A stretch of DNA of 64,000 bases from Phycisphaerae bacterium. GTDB lineage: Bacteria; Planctomycetota; Phycisphaerae; UBA1845. The position numbers were made by a program, and so were the translations under genes. How positions within the stretch are numbered: the first letter of the stretch is position 1; every line of letters begins with the position of its first letter. Below the pieces are notes generated by a model. The model saw nothing but the letters and a program-made list of their open reading frames with translations. It was not told the origin of the DNA and did no database searches. Shown here in pieces: positions 8,477-20,060 of this stretch. Location of the stretch: assembly GCA_035356615.1 (NCBI GenBank), contig DAOQSN010000003.1, positions 9,835-73,834 of the forward strand, given 5' to 3'.

Positions 8477-9078
8477 CGGGCATACATCGGCAGGCCCACC
8501 GTGGCCCGTGCAGCGTGTCCCGGTGCGGGCCACGTGTTGGCGGCGTCCGGGAGGCCGACGTCGCGGGCGGGCCTGCTTAGACAATCTACGTCGGCCGGTG
8601 GCCGGCGGTGCGGTGGGGGTAGAGCGTGGGCGGCGAGGTGAGGGCTGCGGGCGGCAAGCGGCGGTCCCGCTGTTCCGGGACTGCGCCGTCTGGGTTGTGT
8701 CGGCACAGGTGCCTTACTATGATCCTGGAGTCTCAACAAGCGGGCGACCGGCGTGGGTTGGGCATTCGGGCCGGTCTTCGGGCGGTTCCCGGCAACAGAT
8801 AGAGGACCGGCGGACGCACGGTCGTGCTTACCCCCGGGGCAACACGAGAAGGCGCGGCATGGGCCCGTCCTGCCGGGCGACCGGTCCGAGCGCCTGGATG
8901 AGTGTGCGTGCGGCTTTCCCGGCGGGTGGCCAGGGGGCGGTCACCAGCGCTGTCCGGTGCCGCTTGCGACAGGCCGTGCCGGCGGAGGCTCTCGTTGGTA
9001 TCGGGGCGGTCCACGACGGCCACGCGGTGCCGGCCACATCGCCCCGCGGGACACCCGGTGAGGGAGTCGTTGGGGACC

Positions 9079-10947
9079 ATGAGCGTGCCTAGCGCGGAAC
9101 AGCAACGTCAGCGGCGGACCGTGGAGACAATCGACCTGGCGGACGTGACGGTCCGCTTCTCCGGTGATTCCGGCGACGGGATGCAGCTTGCCGGGACGCA
9201 GATGACGAACACGTCGGCGATTTTCGGCAACGACGTGTGCACCTGGCCGGACTACCCCGCGGAAATCCGCGCGCCGGTGGGCACGCCGGCGGGCGTCAGC
9301 GGGTTTCAGTTGCATTTCGGTTCGCACAAGCTGCGCACGCCGGGCGACCGCGTGCAGGCGTTGGTGGCGATGAACCCGGCCGCCCTGAAGGTAAACCTGG
9401 CGGATCTGGAGCCGGGCGGCATCCTGGTTGTCAATGAAGACGCGTTTACCGCGGGCAACCTGAAGAAGGCGGGGTACACGTCCAATCCCCTGGACGACGG
9501 CTCGTTGAGCGGCTTCCGCGTGCACCGGGTGCCGATCGAGCGGCTGAACGCCGAGGCGGTGGCAGACACGGGGCTGACCGGCCGGGCGGTGGGACGCTGC
9601 AAGAACTTCTTCGCGCTGGGGCTGACGTACTGGCTCTACGATCGTTCGATGGAGCCGACGCTCAAGTGGATCGAGGAGAAGTTCGGGACGCTGCCGGCGG
9701 TGGCGGCCGCCAACGCCCGGGCGCTCAAGGCGGGCTACTACTTCGGCGAAACGGCCGAGATGTTCGAGGCGCGCTACTTCGTGCGCAAGGCCACCCTGCC
9801 GCCCGGACGCTATCGCCGCGCCACCGGGAATGAGGCCTTGGCATTGGGGCTGGTGACGGCCGCCCGGCTGGCGGGCAAGACCCTGTTCTATGGCAGCTAC
9901 CCGATCACGCCGGCCAGCGACATTCTGCATGAGCTGTCGCGGCTGAAGCACTACGACGTGCGCACGTTTCAGGCGGAGGACGAGATTGCCGCGGTGACCT
10001 CATGCATCGGGGCGGCCTACGCCGGCGCCATTGCGGTGACGGGCACCAGCGGGCCGGGGCTGGCGCTGAAGGGTGAGGCGATCGGACTGGCCGTGATGAC
10101 GGAGCTGCCGCTCGTGGTCATCGACGTACAGCGGGCGGGGCCGAGCACCGGCATGCCGACCAAGCCGGAACAGGCCGACCTCAGCCAGGCGCTGTGCGGG
10201 CGACACGGTGAGTCGCCGGTCTGCGTGCTGGCGGCGGGCACGCCGGCCGATTGCTTTGACCTGGCCATAGAGGCCGTGCGCATCGCCACCGAGTTCATGA
10301 CGCCCGTGGTGCTGCTCAGCGACGGCTACATCGCCAACGGGGCGGGGCCGTGGCGGGTGCCTGAGCTCAGCGCCCTGCCGATGCTGACCGTCAGGCACCC
10401 CAAGGCCGGGGAGCCATTTGAGCCGTACCAGCGTGATGAGCGACTTTCCCGACCGTGGGCGCTGCCGGGCACGCCGGGATTGCAGCACCGCGTCGGCGGG
10501 CTCGAGAAGACGGATATCACCGGGCACGTGTGCTATGAGCCGCAGAACCATGAGCACATGGTCCGCCTGCGGCGGCAGAAGATCGACAATATCGCGCGGA
10601 CGCTGCCGCCGCTGGAGGTGCTGGGGCGGCGGGACGCGGAGCTGGTGGTGGTCGGCTGGGGCAGTACGTATGGGGCGATCACCACGGCCGTTGAACATTG
10701 CCAGGCGGAAGGCCTGAGCGTTTCGTCGATTCACCTGCGTTACCTGGACCCGCTGCCACCGGAGTTGGGCACGCTGTTGCCGCGTTTCGGGCGGGTGCTG
10801 ATTCCGGAGAACAACCTGGGCCAACTGCGCCGCCACCTGCGGGCGGAGCTGCCGGTGGACCCGCTGGGGTTCAACAAGGTCCAGGGCAAGCCATTTGCGG
10901 TGGGGGAGATCGAGGCGAAGATCCGCGAGGTGTTGAAAGGAAAGTAA
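9079..10947 (+). CDS. korA: 2-oxoacid (2-oxoglutarate):ferredoxin/acceptor oxidoreductase, alpha subunit
   Basis: N-terminal [19 protein letters not shown]. It continues with [18 protein letters not shown] and [18 protein letters not shown]. Its length and its pairing with the beta subunit fit the family. Confidence 0.85.
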   Translation: MSVPSAEQQRQRRTVETIDLADVTVRFSGDSGDGMQLAGTQMTNTSAIFGNDVCTWPDYPAEIRAPVGTPAGVSGFQLHFGSHKLRTPGDRVQALVAMNPAALKVNLADLEPGGILVVNEDAFTAGNLKKAGYTSNPLDDGSLSGFRVHRVPIERLNAEAVADTGLTGRAVGRCKNFFALGLTYWLYDRSMEPTLKWIEEKFGTLPAVAAANARALKAGYYFGETAEMFEARYFVRKATLPPGRYRRATGNEALALGLVTAARLAGKTLFYGSYPITPASDILHELSRLKHYDVRTFQAEDEIAAVTSCIGAAYAGAIAVTGTSGPGLALKGEAIGLAVMTELPLVVIDVQRAGPSTGMPTKPEQADLSQALCGRHGESPVCVLAAGTPADCFDLAIEAVRIATEFMTPVVLLSDGYIANGAGPWRVPELSALPMLTVRHPKAGEPFEPYQRDERLSRPWALPGTPGLQHRVGGLEKTDITGHVCYEPQNHEHMVRLRRQKIDNIARTLPPLEVLGRRDAELVVVGWGSTYGAITTAVEHCQAEGLSVSSIHLRYLDPLPPELGTLLPRFGRVLIPENNLGQLRRHLRAELPVDPLGFNKVQGKPFAVGEIEAKIREVLKGK

Positions 10948-10952
10948 GAGTC

Positions 10953-11975
10953 ATGCCGGCGGACGTTACCCTGCCGCAGCTTACGGCGAAGGACTACGCC
11001 AGCGACCAGGAAGTGCGCTGGTGTCCGGGCTGTGGGGATTATGCGATTCTGGCGCAGATGAAGAAGGTGCTGGCCGAGGTCGGCATCCCGCGGGAGAAGC
11101 TCGTGTTTGTGTCCGGTATCGGCTGCTCGAGCCGGTTTCCGTACTACCTGGAGACGTACGGGCTGCACGGGATTCACGGGCGGGCCATGGCCGTTGCCAC
11201 CGGCGTGCGGGTCGCCAATCCGGACCTGTCGGTGTGGGTGGTGACGGGGGACGGCGACGGGCTGAGCATCGGCGGCAATCACTTCATTCACACGATGCGG
11301 CGCAACGTCGATGTCAAGGTTCTGCTTTTCGACAACCGCATCTACGGCCTGACGAAAGGACAGTACTCACCCACCAGTCCCCAGGGCAAGAAGACGAAGT
11401 CGACCCCGCTGGGTGCCATCGACTATCCGCTGCACCCGCTTTCCGTGGCCATCGGCGCGGAGGCGACGTTCGTCGCCCGCACGATCGACGTGAACGTCAA
11501 GCACCTGGCGGAGGTGCTTAAGCGGGCGGCCGAGCACAGGGGCACCGCGTTCATTCAAATCTACCAGAACTGTGTCATTTTCAACGACGGCGCGTTCGAG
11601 TACGCGACGGATAAGCCCACCAAGGACGACACCACCCTCTACCTCGAGCACGGCAAGCCGCTGTTGTTCGGCCGGGACCGCAGGCAGGGCATTCGGCTCA
11701 ACGGCATGACACCCGAGATCGTGACGCTCGGTGAGGGCGTCACCGAAGCCGATCTGCTGGTGCACGACGAGAAAGCGGACGACCCGAGCCTGGCGTATCT
11801 GCTCAGCCGCATGCACCACCCGCAATTCCCCGAGCCGATGGGCGTGTTCCGCTGCGTGCAGCGCCCGACCTACGAGGACCTCCTCATGGGTCAGGTGCAG
11901 TCGGCGATCGAAGCCCACGGCCCCGGCAAGCTGGAGGACCTCTTCGCCGAAGGCGAGACCTGGGACGTGAGCTGA
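10953..11975 (+). CDS. korB: 2-oxoacid:ferredoxin/acceptor oxidoreductase, beta subunit (TPP-binding)
   Basis: WCPGCGDYAIL, VSGIGCSSRFPYY and VVTGDGDGLSIGGNHFIH TPP motifs. It starts 6 nt after the korA stop. Confidence 0.85.
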   Translation: MPADVTLPQLTAKDYASDQEVRWCPGCGDYAILAQMKKVLAEVGIPREKLVFVSGIGCSSRFPYYLETYGLHGIHGRAMAVATGVRVANPDLSVWVVTGDGDGLSIGGNHFIHTMRRNVDVKVLLFDNRIYGLTKGQYSPTSPQGKKTKSTPLGAIDYPLHPLSVAIGAEATFVARTIDVNVKHLAEVLKRAAEHRGTAFIQIYQNCVIFNDGAFEYATDKPTKDDTTLYLEHGKPLLFGRDRRQGIRLNGMTPEIVTLGEGVTEADLLVHDEKADDPSLAYLLSRMHHPQFPEPMGVFRCVQRPTYEDLLMGQVQSAIEAHGPGKLEDLFAEGETWDVS

Positions 11976-12115
11976 CGGGTGGGCCCGGGCCGCCTGGGTT
12001 TCAGCGCTGACCTTGTAGCCGTCCGCTCTGCGCCTTATCCTGCCCGCCATGCGGCCGACTTGCCCCGCAGGCTCGTCGGGAGAGTCGAGTGGACAGGGGC
12101 GCAGGAGTGCTCGCC

Positions 12116-14058
12116 ATGGCCAAGCGGCGAAAGGCCCGTTCCCCCGAGCCCGAGGTCTCAGGCCCCGTGAAGGGCGACTTCATCGCCCCGCCGGAGGCAT
12201 CGGAGACGGACGAGCGCGAGGACGCTCTGCCGCGGCAAGAGGAGTTCTGGCGCCCGCCGGTGCGGTTCGGCAGCGTCCCGGTGGAGAAGGAGCCGCTGGG
12301 CTGGGACCGCCGGCGCGGCTTCCGCAAGCTCTTCCCGCATGTGCCGCTGCCGTTTCAGGTCATCGAGCGGGTGACCTTCGGCCATCCCGAGCTGGAGCCC
12401 AACCGCCTGTTCTGGGGCGACAACCTGCACGTCATGCGGCAGCTTCCGTCGGAGAGCATCGACCTGATCTACATCGACCCGCCGTTCTTTTCCGGCCGGC
12501 AGTACAACGTCATCTTCGGCGACCAGAACGAACTCCGCTCCTTCTCCGACATCCGGGAAGGGGGCATGCCTGGCTACCTCATCTGGCTCAACGCCCGGCT
12601 CTACGAGATGAAACGGCTGCTCAAGAAAACGGGGAGCATCTGTGTTCATCTTGATTGGCACGCGGTGCACTATGCGAGGGTCGAGTTGGACAAGATATTC
12701 GGCCATGGCTGCTTCAGGAACGAGGTCGTCTGGTACTACTACAACAAGATGCATGATCGTCGCAAACGCCTGTTACCGCGAGCACATGACGCGATCCTCG
12801 TGTTCGGTAAGACATCGGAAGCTAAGTACAACCAGGTCGAGATCCCGCTTGAGCAGCCAGTCAAGAGACTCGCTCGAAAGAAAATCGGCGGTCGCGCGGT
12901 CAACGCCCGTGATGAAGACGGCAACCTACTTTACATCACGAAGAGCTCGCGGGCCCTGGATGATGTATGGCGAATCTCAATGCTGCAGCCCGCGGACAAG
13001 ACCTATCGAATTGGTTATCCCACCGAGAAGCCACCGCGACTGCTGGAATGGTTAATCAAAACTTCAGCTACGAAGGGGACACGGTCGCCGATTTCTTTTG
13101 CGGCGGTGGTGTTACGCCATTCGCGGCTCAGGCGCTCGCTCGCCGCTGGATCGCCTGCGACCAGTCGCGGGTGGCGGTGGCGATCACGGCCGACCGCCTG
13201 GCACGCGGGGCAGAGCAGTTGATGCTCGACCACGTGACCGTGCCGATCCCGGACTTCACGATCGAGCACTGGGGGGTGTACGAGTCGCGGCGGCTGGCGG
13301 AGATGCCGCCGGAGCAGTTCCGGGCGTTCGTCCTCCGCTGCTTCGGGGCCGTGCCGGAGGAAATGGACAGGATTAACAAGATTCACAAGATCAGAAACCA
13401 AAATCCTGTAAGTCTTGTAAATCCTGTCCATATTCATGGCTACAAGGGCGCGATACCGGTCTGGGTGGGCGAGCCGGACCAGAAGAAGGGCGTCACCGCG
13501 CAGGATGTGCAGGCGTTCGCCAACGCTATGCGCAAGACGCTCCGCTACCAGCAGGACAACCTGCGCGAGGGGATCATGCTGGCGTGGGCGTTTCGGCCCG
13601 ACGCGCTGGAGGCGGCCGAGCGCCTGCGGCGGCTCGAACAGACGGACCTCAACTTCATCCGCCTGGATATGATCCGCATCGACTCGCCGCGCTTCCGCGA
13701 GCACGTGACGTCGCTGACAACGCAGCACGCAGACTACGAGAACTTCCTGACGTTCGTGCAGGCGCCGAAGGTCGAGGTGGGGTTCAAGCGCGTGGCCGCG
13801 CGGAGCTACGTGTTCGACGTGAGCGAGACGGTCGTGATGAACCCCGGGGCGAAGATCATCAACGTGCAATGGGACTTCGACTACGGCAAACGCTTCTCCA
13901 GTACGCCCGGTTACTCGTTCATCCGCGGGAAGAACAAGGAGGCGCAATTGCAGGCGCAGTACGAGTTCCCCAATGCCGGGAGGCAGCGTATTGCATGCAA
14001 GGTCCAGGATGACCTCGGCGGCGAGGGCCTGTGGACGGCGGAGATTGACGTGGAGTAG
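12116..14058 (+). pseudogene. Beta-class N4/N6 DNA methyltransferase (Type III Mod-like) with a C-terminal PKD-like domain; disrupted by a frameshift near 13060-13070
   Basis: Motif IV IDLIYIDPPFFSG and YPTEKPPRLLEWLIKTS lie in frame 2. Motif I GDTVADFFCGGGVTPFAAQALARRWIACDQS lies in frame 1. The two ORFs (12089-13222 and 12967-14058) overlap. The C-terminus INVQWDFDYG...YEFPNAGRQRIACKVQDDLGGEG resembles a PKD fold. Confidence 0.75.
13365..13429 (+). repeat. Family B solo hairpin inserted in frame inside the Mod gene
   Basis: GGACAGGATTAACAAGATTCACAAGAT ... ATCCTGTAAGTCTTGTAAATCCTGTCC. It translates as MDRINKIHKIRNQNPVSLVNPVHI in the host ORF and is markedly AT-richer than the flanks. Confidence 0.7.
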
Positions 14059-14821
14059 ACAGGATTTACAAGATTAACAGGATTAAGAGAGAGAGAAACA
14101 GAATCTTGTCAATCTTGTGAATCCTGTCCAACCAGGCCGAGCAATGATACGGGATTTACAAGATTAACAGGATTAGGAGAGAGAACAACAGAATCTTGTC
14201 AATCCTGTAAATCCTGTCAAAAAAGAGGGCTCGATGACCATTGACCAGTTGACGGAGAAGGTGATTGGTTGCGCGTACCGAGTTCATAATGAATTGGGGG
14301 CCGGGTTCCTGGAGAAGGTGTATGAGAACGCGCTGCGGATCGAGTTGGCTGAGGCGGGATTGCGCGTGCAGCAACAGCACCCAATTCCGGTGGTATATCA
14401 CGGCGAGGTGGTGGGCGAGTATTTTGCCGATCTGATGGTGGAGGACTGCCTCATTGTCGAACTGAAAGCGGTGCAGAGCGTGGGCAAGGAGCACGAAGTG
14501 CAGTTGGTGAATTACCTGGCGGCGACGGGCATTGATGATGGCGTGCTCATTAACTTCGGCTCCTCGGTCCAGGTGAAACGCAAGTTCAGGCGGTACAAGG
14601 AGCGGGCACCATCCTCGGCGGTCGCGCCGGGCCGCGCACCGGCGGGGACCGGCGCCCAGCCCATCGCCGGGAGCGTGGTTGAGGGGCAGTGAGCAAAGAA
14701 TGGACAGGATTTACAAGATTAACAGGATGAGAAGGAAGTAGAACGGGACCTTCGGGGTCTTGGACGTGACGGGACAGACAGGCTGGACGAATCTGATCTT
14801 GTCGATCCTGTAAATCCTGTC
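14058..14821 (+). mobile_element. Family B hairpin cluster (three copies) flanking a GxxExxY gene, occupying the mod-res intergenic space
   Basis: Hairpins at 14058-14129, 14151-14218 and 14702-14821. All are built from GACAGGATTTACAAGATTAACAGGAT / ATCTTGTCAATCCTGTAAATCCTGTC arms. Confidence 0.7.
14234..14692 (+). CDS. GxxExxY protein (PD-(D/E)XK nuclease-fold family)
   Basis: VIGCAYRVHNELGAGFLEKVYENALRIELAEAGL...PVVYHGEVVGEYFADLMVEDCLIVELKAV...QLVNYLAATG... matches the GxxExxY signature and the D...ELK core. Confidence 0.85.
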   Translation: MTIDQLTEKVIGCAYRVHNELGAGFLEKVYENALRIELAEAGLRVQQQHPIPVVYHGEVVGEYFADLMVEDCLIVELKAVQSVGKEHEVQLVNYLAATGIDDGVLINFGSSVQVKRKFRRYKERAPSSAVAPGRAPAGTGAQPIAGSVVEGQ

Positions 14822-14837
14822 TAATGATGGGACTGCG

Positions 14838-16847
14838 ATGTTCAACCGCTTCGCACAATACGAGGATGCCTTGCGGGACTGGCGCCGGGACGGAATGCCG
14901 GGGCTCAACGCCGAGTCCTACAAGTATATCGAGTTCCTGACTTCACCTGACGACGATCAAGCGCCGCGGGCGGGCACACTCTGGCCGCACCAGTGGGAGT
15001 CGTTTCTGCGGGTGGTGTATGCGCATGAGGTCCTGGGAAAGGGCGAGATCGGGGCCGACGGCCTGCTGCTCAACGTGGTGACCGGCGGCGGCAAGACCGC
15101 CGTCATCGCGGCCATCGTCGCCTGGCTGCGCATCGCGCACAGCGTGCAGAAGTTCGTCCTGCTTTGCCCGAACCTCATCGTGCGCGACCGCCTGGAGGAC
15201 GACTTCGAGGGCGGCAAAGTGTTCAAGGACCGTGACCTGCTCCCGGCGAACAGGCCCGAGGATTTCGTTCTGAGCACCCTGGGTAGCGGGAGGCAAGGGG
15301 GTTGGGCTGACTTGCTGAGCGCAAGCATCGTGCTGGGCAACATCCACCAGTTCTACCAAAGCAACAAGGCCGGACAAAGCAACCTGTCGGCGTTGATGAA
15401 CGGGCCCGGCTTCGCCCTGTTCAACGACGAAGCGCACAACTCACCGGCGCCGGAATACGAGGCCACCCTGTTGCGCATGCGCGAGAAGATCGTCCTGCGA
15501 GTGGACACCACCGCGACGCCCGACCGGGCCGACGGAAAGGCGCCCGATAGCGACATGATCTATGAGTACGGCGTGACCGACGCGCTTGCCGATGGACTCA
15601 TCAAGACGCCGGTGGTCTACCAGCCGGACATCAAGACTGTGGAGTTGACGTACACGGACGCCCGAACCAGCGAGCGGCGCAAAGTCGAGGAGATCGACTG
15701 GGAGGAAGTCGACCGCCTGGGGCTCAGCGCGACGCAGTGGGTGACGGACGACGAACCGATGCGCCAGCAGATGGCCATCGCACTGCGCCGCCTGGAGGAA
15801 CAGGAACGCCGCGCGAAGGGACGCTATCAGCCGATCCTGTTTGTCGTCGCCGTGTGCAAGCTGGACGCCGAGAAGGCGGCGGATACGCTTAACAAGTACT
15901 TCAAGGTCAAGGCGCTGCTGGTGACCGAGGATAGCGACGAGGCCGATCGGCAGAAGGCGCGCGAGCTCGGCAAGGAGAGGAAATCGGGCAAGCCGTATCG
16001 CGCGGTGGTCAGCGTGCTGATGCTGCGCGAAGGGTGGGACGTGCCCGAAGTCGGCGTGATTCTGCTTCTGCGCAAGTTTAGCTCGCGCGTGTACGGTCAA
16101 CAGGTCACCGGGCGGGGGCTGCGGCGGGTTCGCGTCAAGGGTATCGGTGCCGATGAGCCGCAAATCTGCGCCGTTGTGGATCATCCGAAGCTTGAGCACC
16201 AGTGGCTGTGGGACATCTTCAATGCGAAGAAGCGCGAGAACGTCCGCATTGACGACCTGTTTGACGAGACCGAAGACCTGCCGCCTCCGCCGCCCAAGCA
16301 GCAGCTCGACAAGCCGGGACTCGTCATCGACGTTCCGCCCGTCGATCCCTCACTGGTGGACGATGGCGAGTTCGACGTCGGGGACGTGCCTCCGCCCCCG
16401 AAGCCCGTTGAGAACTGGAAGCATGTGCTGGACCGGATCGAGTACCAGCCCACGGTGGTCGAGATCACCAAGGTGGGCATTGCCGGTGTAGTCGGGCAGG
16501 AGCTGGGCGGACGCGGCTGGCGAACAATCCACTCGGCGCCGGACACCGGGGGGCCGGGCGATGCGGCCGCGCGTCCGTCTGACCAGGCCGTGCGGACCGC
16601 CGTGAAGGACAGACTCCTGGACATGGCCGAGGAGTTGACCGTCGAGGCGGGTTACGCCGCTGCATTCAAGGACCGTGTGTACAGCGCGCTGCTCCACCAC
16701 GTCCGGGCCCGGTTCCTGAGCGGCGCTTCCCTCGGGCTTGCCGAGCGCGCGGACGTCGAATTCGCGTGGAAAATGCTGCCGCAGGTCAAGGCGAAGACCG
16801 CGGGGATCCCAGGGCTGATAGCGGGGATCATCGAGTATGGCGATTAG
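14838..16847 (+). CDS. SF2 DEAD/DEAH-box helicase, Type III restriction Res-like but lacking an endonuclease domain
   Basis: Walker A VVTGGGKTAVIAA, motif II LFNDEAHNS, motif III VDTTATP, motif VI-like GQQVTGRGLRR. Confidence 0.8.
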   Translation: MFNRFAQYEDALRDWRRDGMPGLNAESYKYIEFLTSPDDDQAPRAGTLWPHQWESFLRVVYAHEVLGKGEIGADGLLLNVVTGGGKTAVIAAIVAWLRIAHSVQKFVLLCPNLIVRDRLEDDFEGGKVFKDRDLLPANRPEDFVLSTLGSGRQGGWADLLSASIVLGNIHQFYQSNKAGQSNLSALMNGPGFALFNDEAHNSPAPEYEATLLRMREKIVLRVDTTATPDRADGKAPDSDMIYEYGVTDALADGLIKTPVVYQPDIKTVELTYTDARTSERRKVEEIDWEEVDRLGLSATQWVTDDEPMRQQMAIALRRLEEQERRAKGRYQPILFVVAVCKLDAEKAADTLNKYFKVKALLVTEDSDEADRQKARELGKERKSGKPYRAVVSVLMLREGWDVPEVGVILLLRKFSSRVYGQQVTGRGLRRVRVKGIGADEPQICAVVDHPKLEHQWLWDIFNAKKRENVRIDDLFDETEDLPPPPPKQQLDKPGLVIDVPPVDPSLVDDGEFDVGDVPPPPKPVENWKHVLDRIEYQPTVVEITKVGIAGVVGQELGGRGWRTIHSAPDTGGPGDAAARPSDQAVRTAVKDRLLDMAEELTVEAGYAAAFKDRVYSALLHHVRARFLSGASLGLAERADVEFAWKMLPQVKAKTAGIPGLIAGIIEYGD

Positions 16848-17187
16848 CAAACACGGCGTGTACACCAACCCCGCGAAGAGCCCGTGGAACTTCGAGCGCT
16901 ATCACAGCGATCTCGAGCGACGGATGATGGATCGCCTTGAGCATGACCCGCACGTTGTCAAGTGGATGAAGCGCCACGGCATTACCATCCCCTGGATCGA
17001 CGGACAGAGGCACCAGCGCCGGTACGTCCCTGATTTCCTCGTGGAGTATGAGGGAGGCGGAAAAGCGGTCATCGAGATCAAGGATCCGAGCCGCCTGGAC
17101 TCCAACGACGTCCAGCGCAAGCGCAGAGCGGCGGAGATATGGGCCAGGCAGCGGACTATGGAGTACGTCCTGGCGACATGCGAGTAG
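16837..17187 (+). CDS. Small TnsA-N/restriction-endonuclease-like PD-(D/E)XK nuclease
   Basis: YHSDLERRMMDRLEHDPHVVKW...RRYVPDFLVEYEGGGKAVIEIKDP gives the E...PDF...EIK arrangement. It overlaps the helicase gene by 11 nt. Confidence 0.7.
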   Translation: MAISKHGVYTNPAKSPWNFERYHSDLERRMMDRLEHDPHVVKWMKRHGITIPWIDGQRHQRRYVPDFLVEYEGGGKAVIEIKDPSRLDSNDVQRKRRAAEIWARQRTMEYVLATCE

Positions 17188-17244
17188 CTCCCTTCAGCGG
17201 GTTCCGGCGAGCGCCTGGCACGCGGTCCGATCGCCTTGTGAAGT

Positions 17245-18324
<1,080 letters not shown>

Positions 18325-18453
18325 CGGACCATCCTCTCCGTTGGTACCAGGCCATCCGGACGCCGAGGCACCTGCCTTGCCATCATCAGTCCCCCAGGTC
18401 CGAAGGACCTGAGCACCCGACAGACTCCGAAGCGTCTGTGCAACCTCTCTCTC

Positions 18454-19698
18454 TCAATCGACAATCGACAATCGACAATCGACAGTCGCAAATGGCCGCG
18501 CGGAATTCGCTTCTTCGGGCGTGGGCGTGACGACGGGCAGTCCAAGCCAGTCGTGCACCGGCCGGGCGTCCAACTTCGCCAGCCGCAGGCGCGTCGCCCG
18601 CGCGTGCACCGGGCCGGCGTTGCTGACCACGAGCGCGTCGGCCGCGTACTCCAAACCGGCGGCGACGGACACAATAGGCGTCCCGCGATAGACGCGACCC
18701 GGCGCAGCGAAGCGATCATCGAGAATGGCCGGAACATCAATCCCAGTGTCGCGAGCCGCACGCCAGAACGGGTAGATGTTCTTGCCGAGGTCGACAAGCA
18801 GCACTCGGCGCACGCCCTCGCCAGCGAGCTTCCGCAGGTGGGCATGAATGAAACGCCAGCCGAGAAAGCGCTCGCAACCGGCGTGGTCGAGCCGCCAGCG
18901 TTGATATCGGGGTCGTTCCCAGAGCGCTCTCGCCAAGCCGGCCACGCGGCCACGCATGTGCGCCCATCGGGTGCGCGCGCGTGCCGCCAGCCAGGCGTAG
19001 CGTTCGAGCCAGTCTTGCCGGTACACGCTCCAGTACGGTTCGGGCAGGTAACGGGCCGCCACCCGCAGGTTGTTCCGGATGTCGTAGAAAGCGATCCGCG
19101 CATGGCGGCGGGCCTGGGCGGTCTTCAGGTGCTCAACCGCCAAGTCGTTGAAGACTTCGACTTTCCACCCCCCGGCCGTCAGGCGGAAGCTCAGGTCGTA
19201 CTCCTCCGCCTGCATGAAGAAGGTCGGGTCCAACCCGCCGACCGCTCGCAGTGCGGCCGTGCGCAGGCCGACCCCACACCCGACGAACACCGCTGGCAAC
19301 GCGGCCCCCTCCTCGTGTCCGTTCGGCAGGTGCACCGTGAAGCCGGCTGCTCCGAGCCGGGGGTCCGCACGGAAGTGGTCGATCATCCGCAGGACGGCCC
19401 CTTGGCGAGGGTAGGAGTCATCGTCGAGGAAGACGATGAATTCGCCGGCGGCCTGGTGCACGCCGTAAGCCTTAGCGCAACTGCCGGCGTTGCGACGGCG
19501 GCGAATCACCGTGTCCGCCAGGTCGGCGGCGGTGTCAGGCGTGCCGTCCGCGGAGGCATTGTCGACCACGATCACTTCATAGTTGGCGCGCGGCAGGCCG
19601 ACCCAGTCGGGTGCCGCCAGCCTGCGGAGTGTATCCACCACGACTTCGTGGCGGTTGTGCGTGGCCAGGATGAAGCTTACTTGCCGGCCTGCGCGCAT
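18454..19698 (-). CDS. Family 2 glycosyltransferase with C-terminal extension
   Basis: VSFILATHNRHEVVVDTLRRL...YEVIVVDNASADGTPD...FLDDDS GT-A motifs. ATG at 19698 is preferred over the longer ORF to 20028. Confidence 0.8.
   Translation of the reverse strand: MRAGRQVSFILATHNRHEVVVDTLRRLAAPDWVGLPRANYEVIVVDNASADGTPDTAADLADTVIRRRRNAGSCAKAYGVHQAAGEFIVFLDDDSYPRQGAVLRMIDHFRADPRLGAAGFTVHLPNGHEEGAALPAVFVGCGVGLRTAALRAVGGLDPTFFMQAEEYDLSFRLTAGGWKVEVFNDLAVEHLKTAQARRHARIAFYDIRNNLRVAARYLPEPYWSVYRQDWLERYAWLAARARTRWAHMRGRVAGLARALWERPRYQRWRLDHAGCERFLGWRFIHAHLRKLAGEGVRRVLLVDLGKNIYPFWRAARDTGIDVPAILDDRFAAPGRVYRGTPIVSVAAGLEYAADALVVSNAGPVHARATRLRLAKLDARPVHDWLGLPVVTPTPEEANSARPFATVDCRLSIVD
18456..18483. repeat. Heptanucleotide tandem repeat (AATCGAC)x4 preceded by a (CT)n run
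   Basis: Read directly: caatcgacaatcgacaatcgacaatcgac. It covers the stop codon region of the glycosyltransferase gene. Confidence 0.9.
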
Positions 19699-20060
19699 AT
19701 GGGGCGCCCCTTTCGCCCCCGGGACGGGGGCGATGGTGTTTTTATCGGTCGGTTCGGTGTGATACTGGACCCGTGGGGCGGGCGGGAGCGTCGTCTTGGA
19801 AGGTGCGATACCAAACGTTGGCATGGGCCGGCCCGCAGGGACTCCGTTTTTGGAGACTATATTCCGCTGGCACTGGAGCTGCGGACGCCGTTGCTGTGGG
19901 GCATGCAGTTGCGCCCCAATGTCGGCGTTGGCGTCAAGTGGGAACTGAGCAGATTCCGATAACTGTGTCGATACGAGGCTGGGAAGCGGCCTTGGGGGTG
20001 GGTCGGGGTGCCGGTCGGGCTCCGACACCTGGCAGGTTCATGAGAAGGAGTCGAGTGAAC

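Noticed and set aside
13040-13080. Programmed ribosomal frameshift in the Mod gene
   Set aside because: No slippery heptamer or obvious downstream stimulatory structure at the frame switch. A mutation or sequencing error is more parsimonious.
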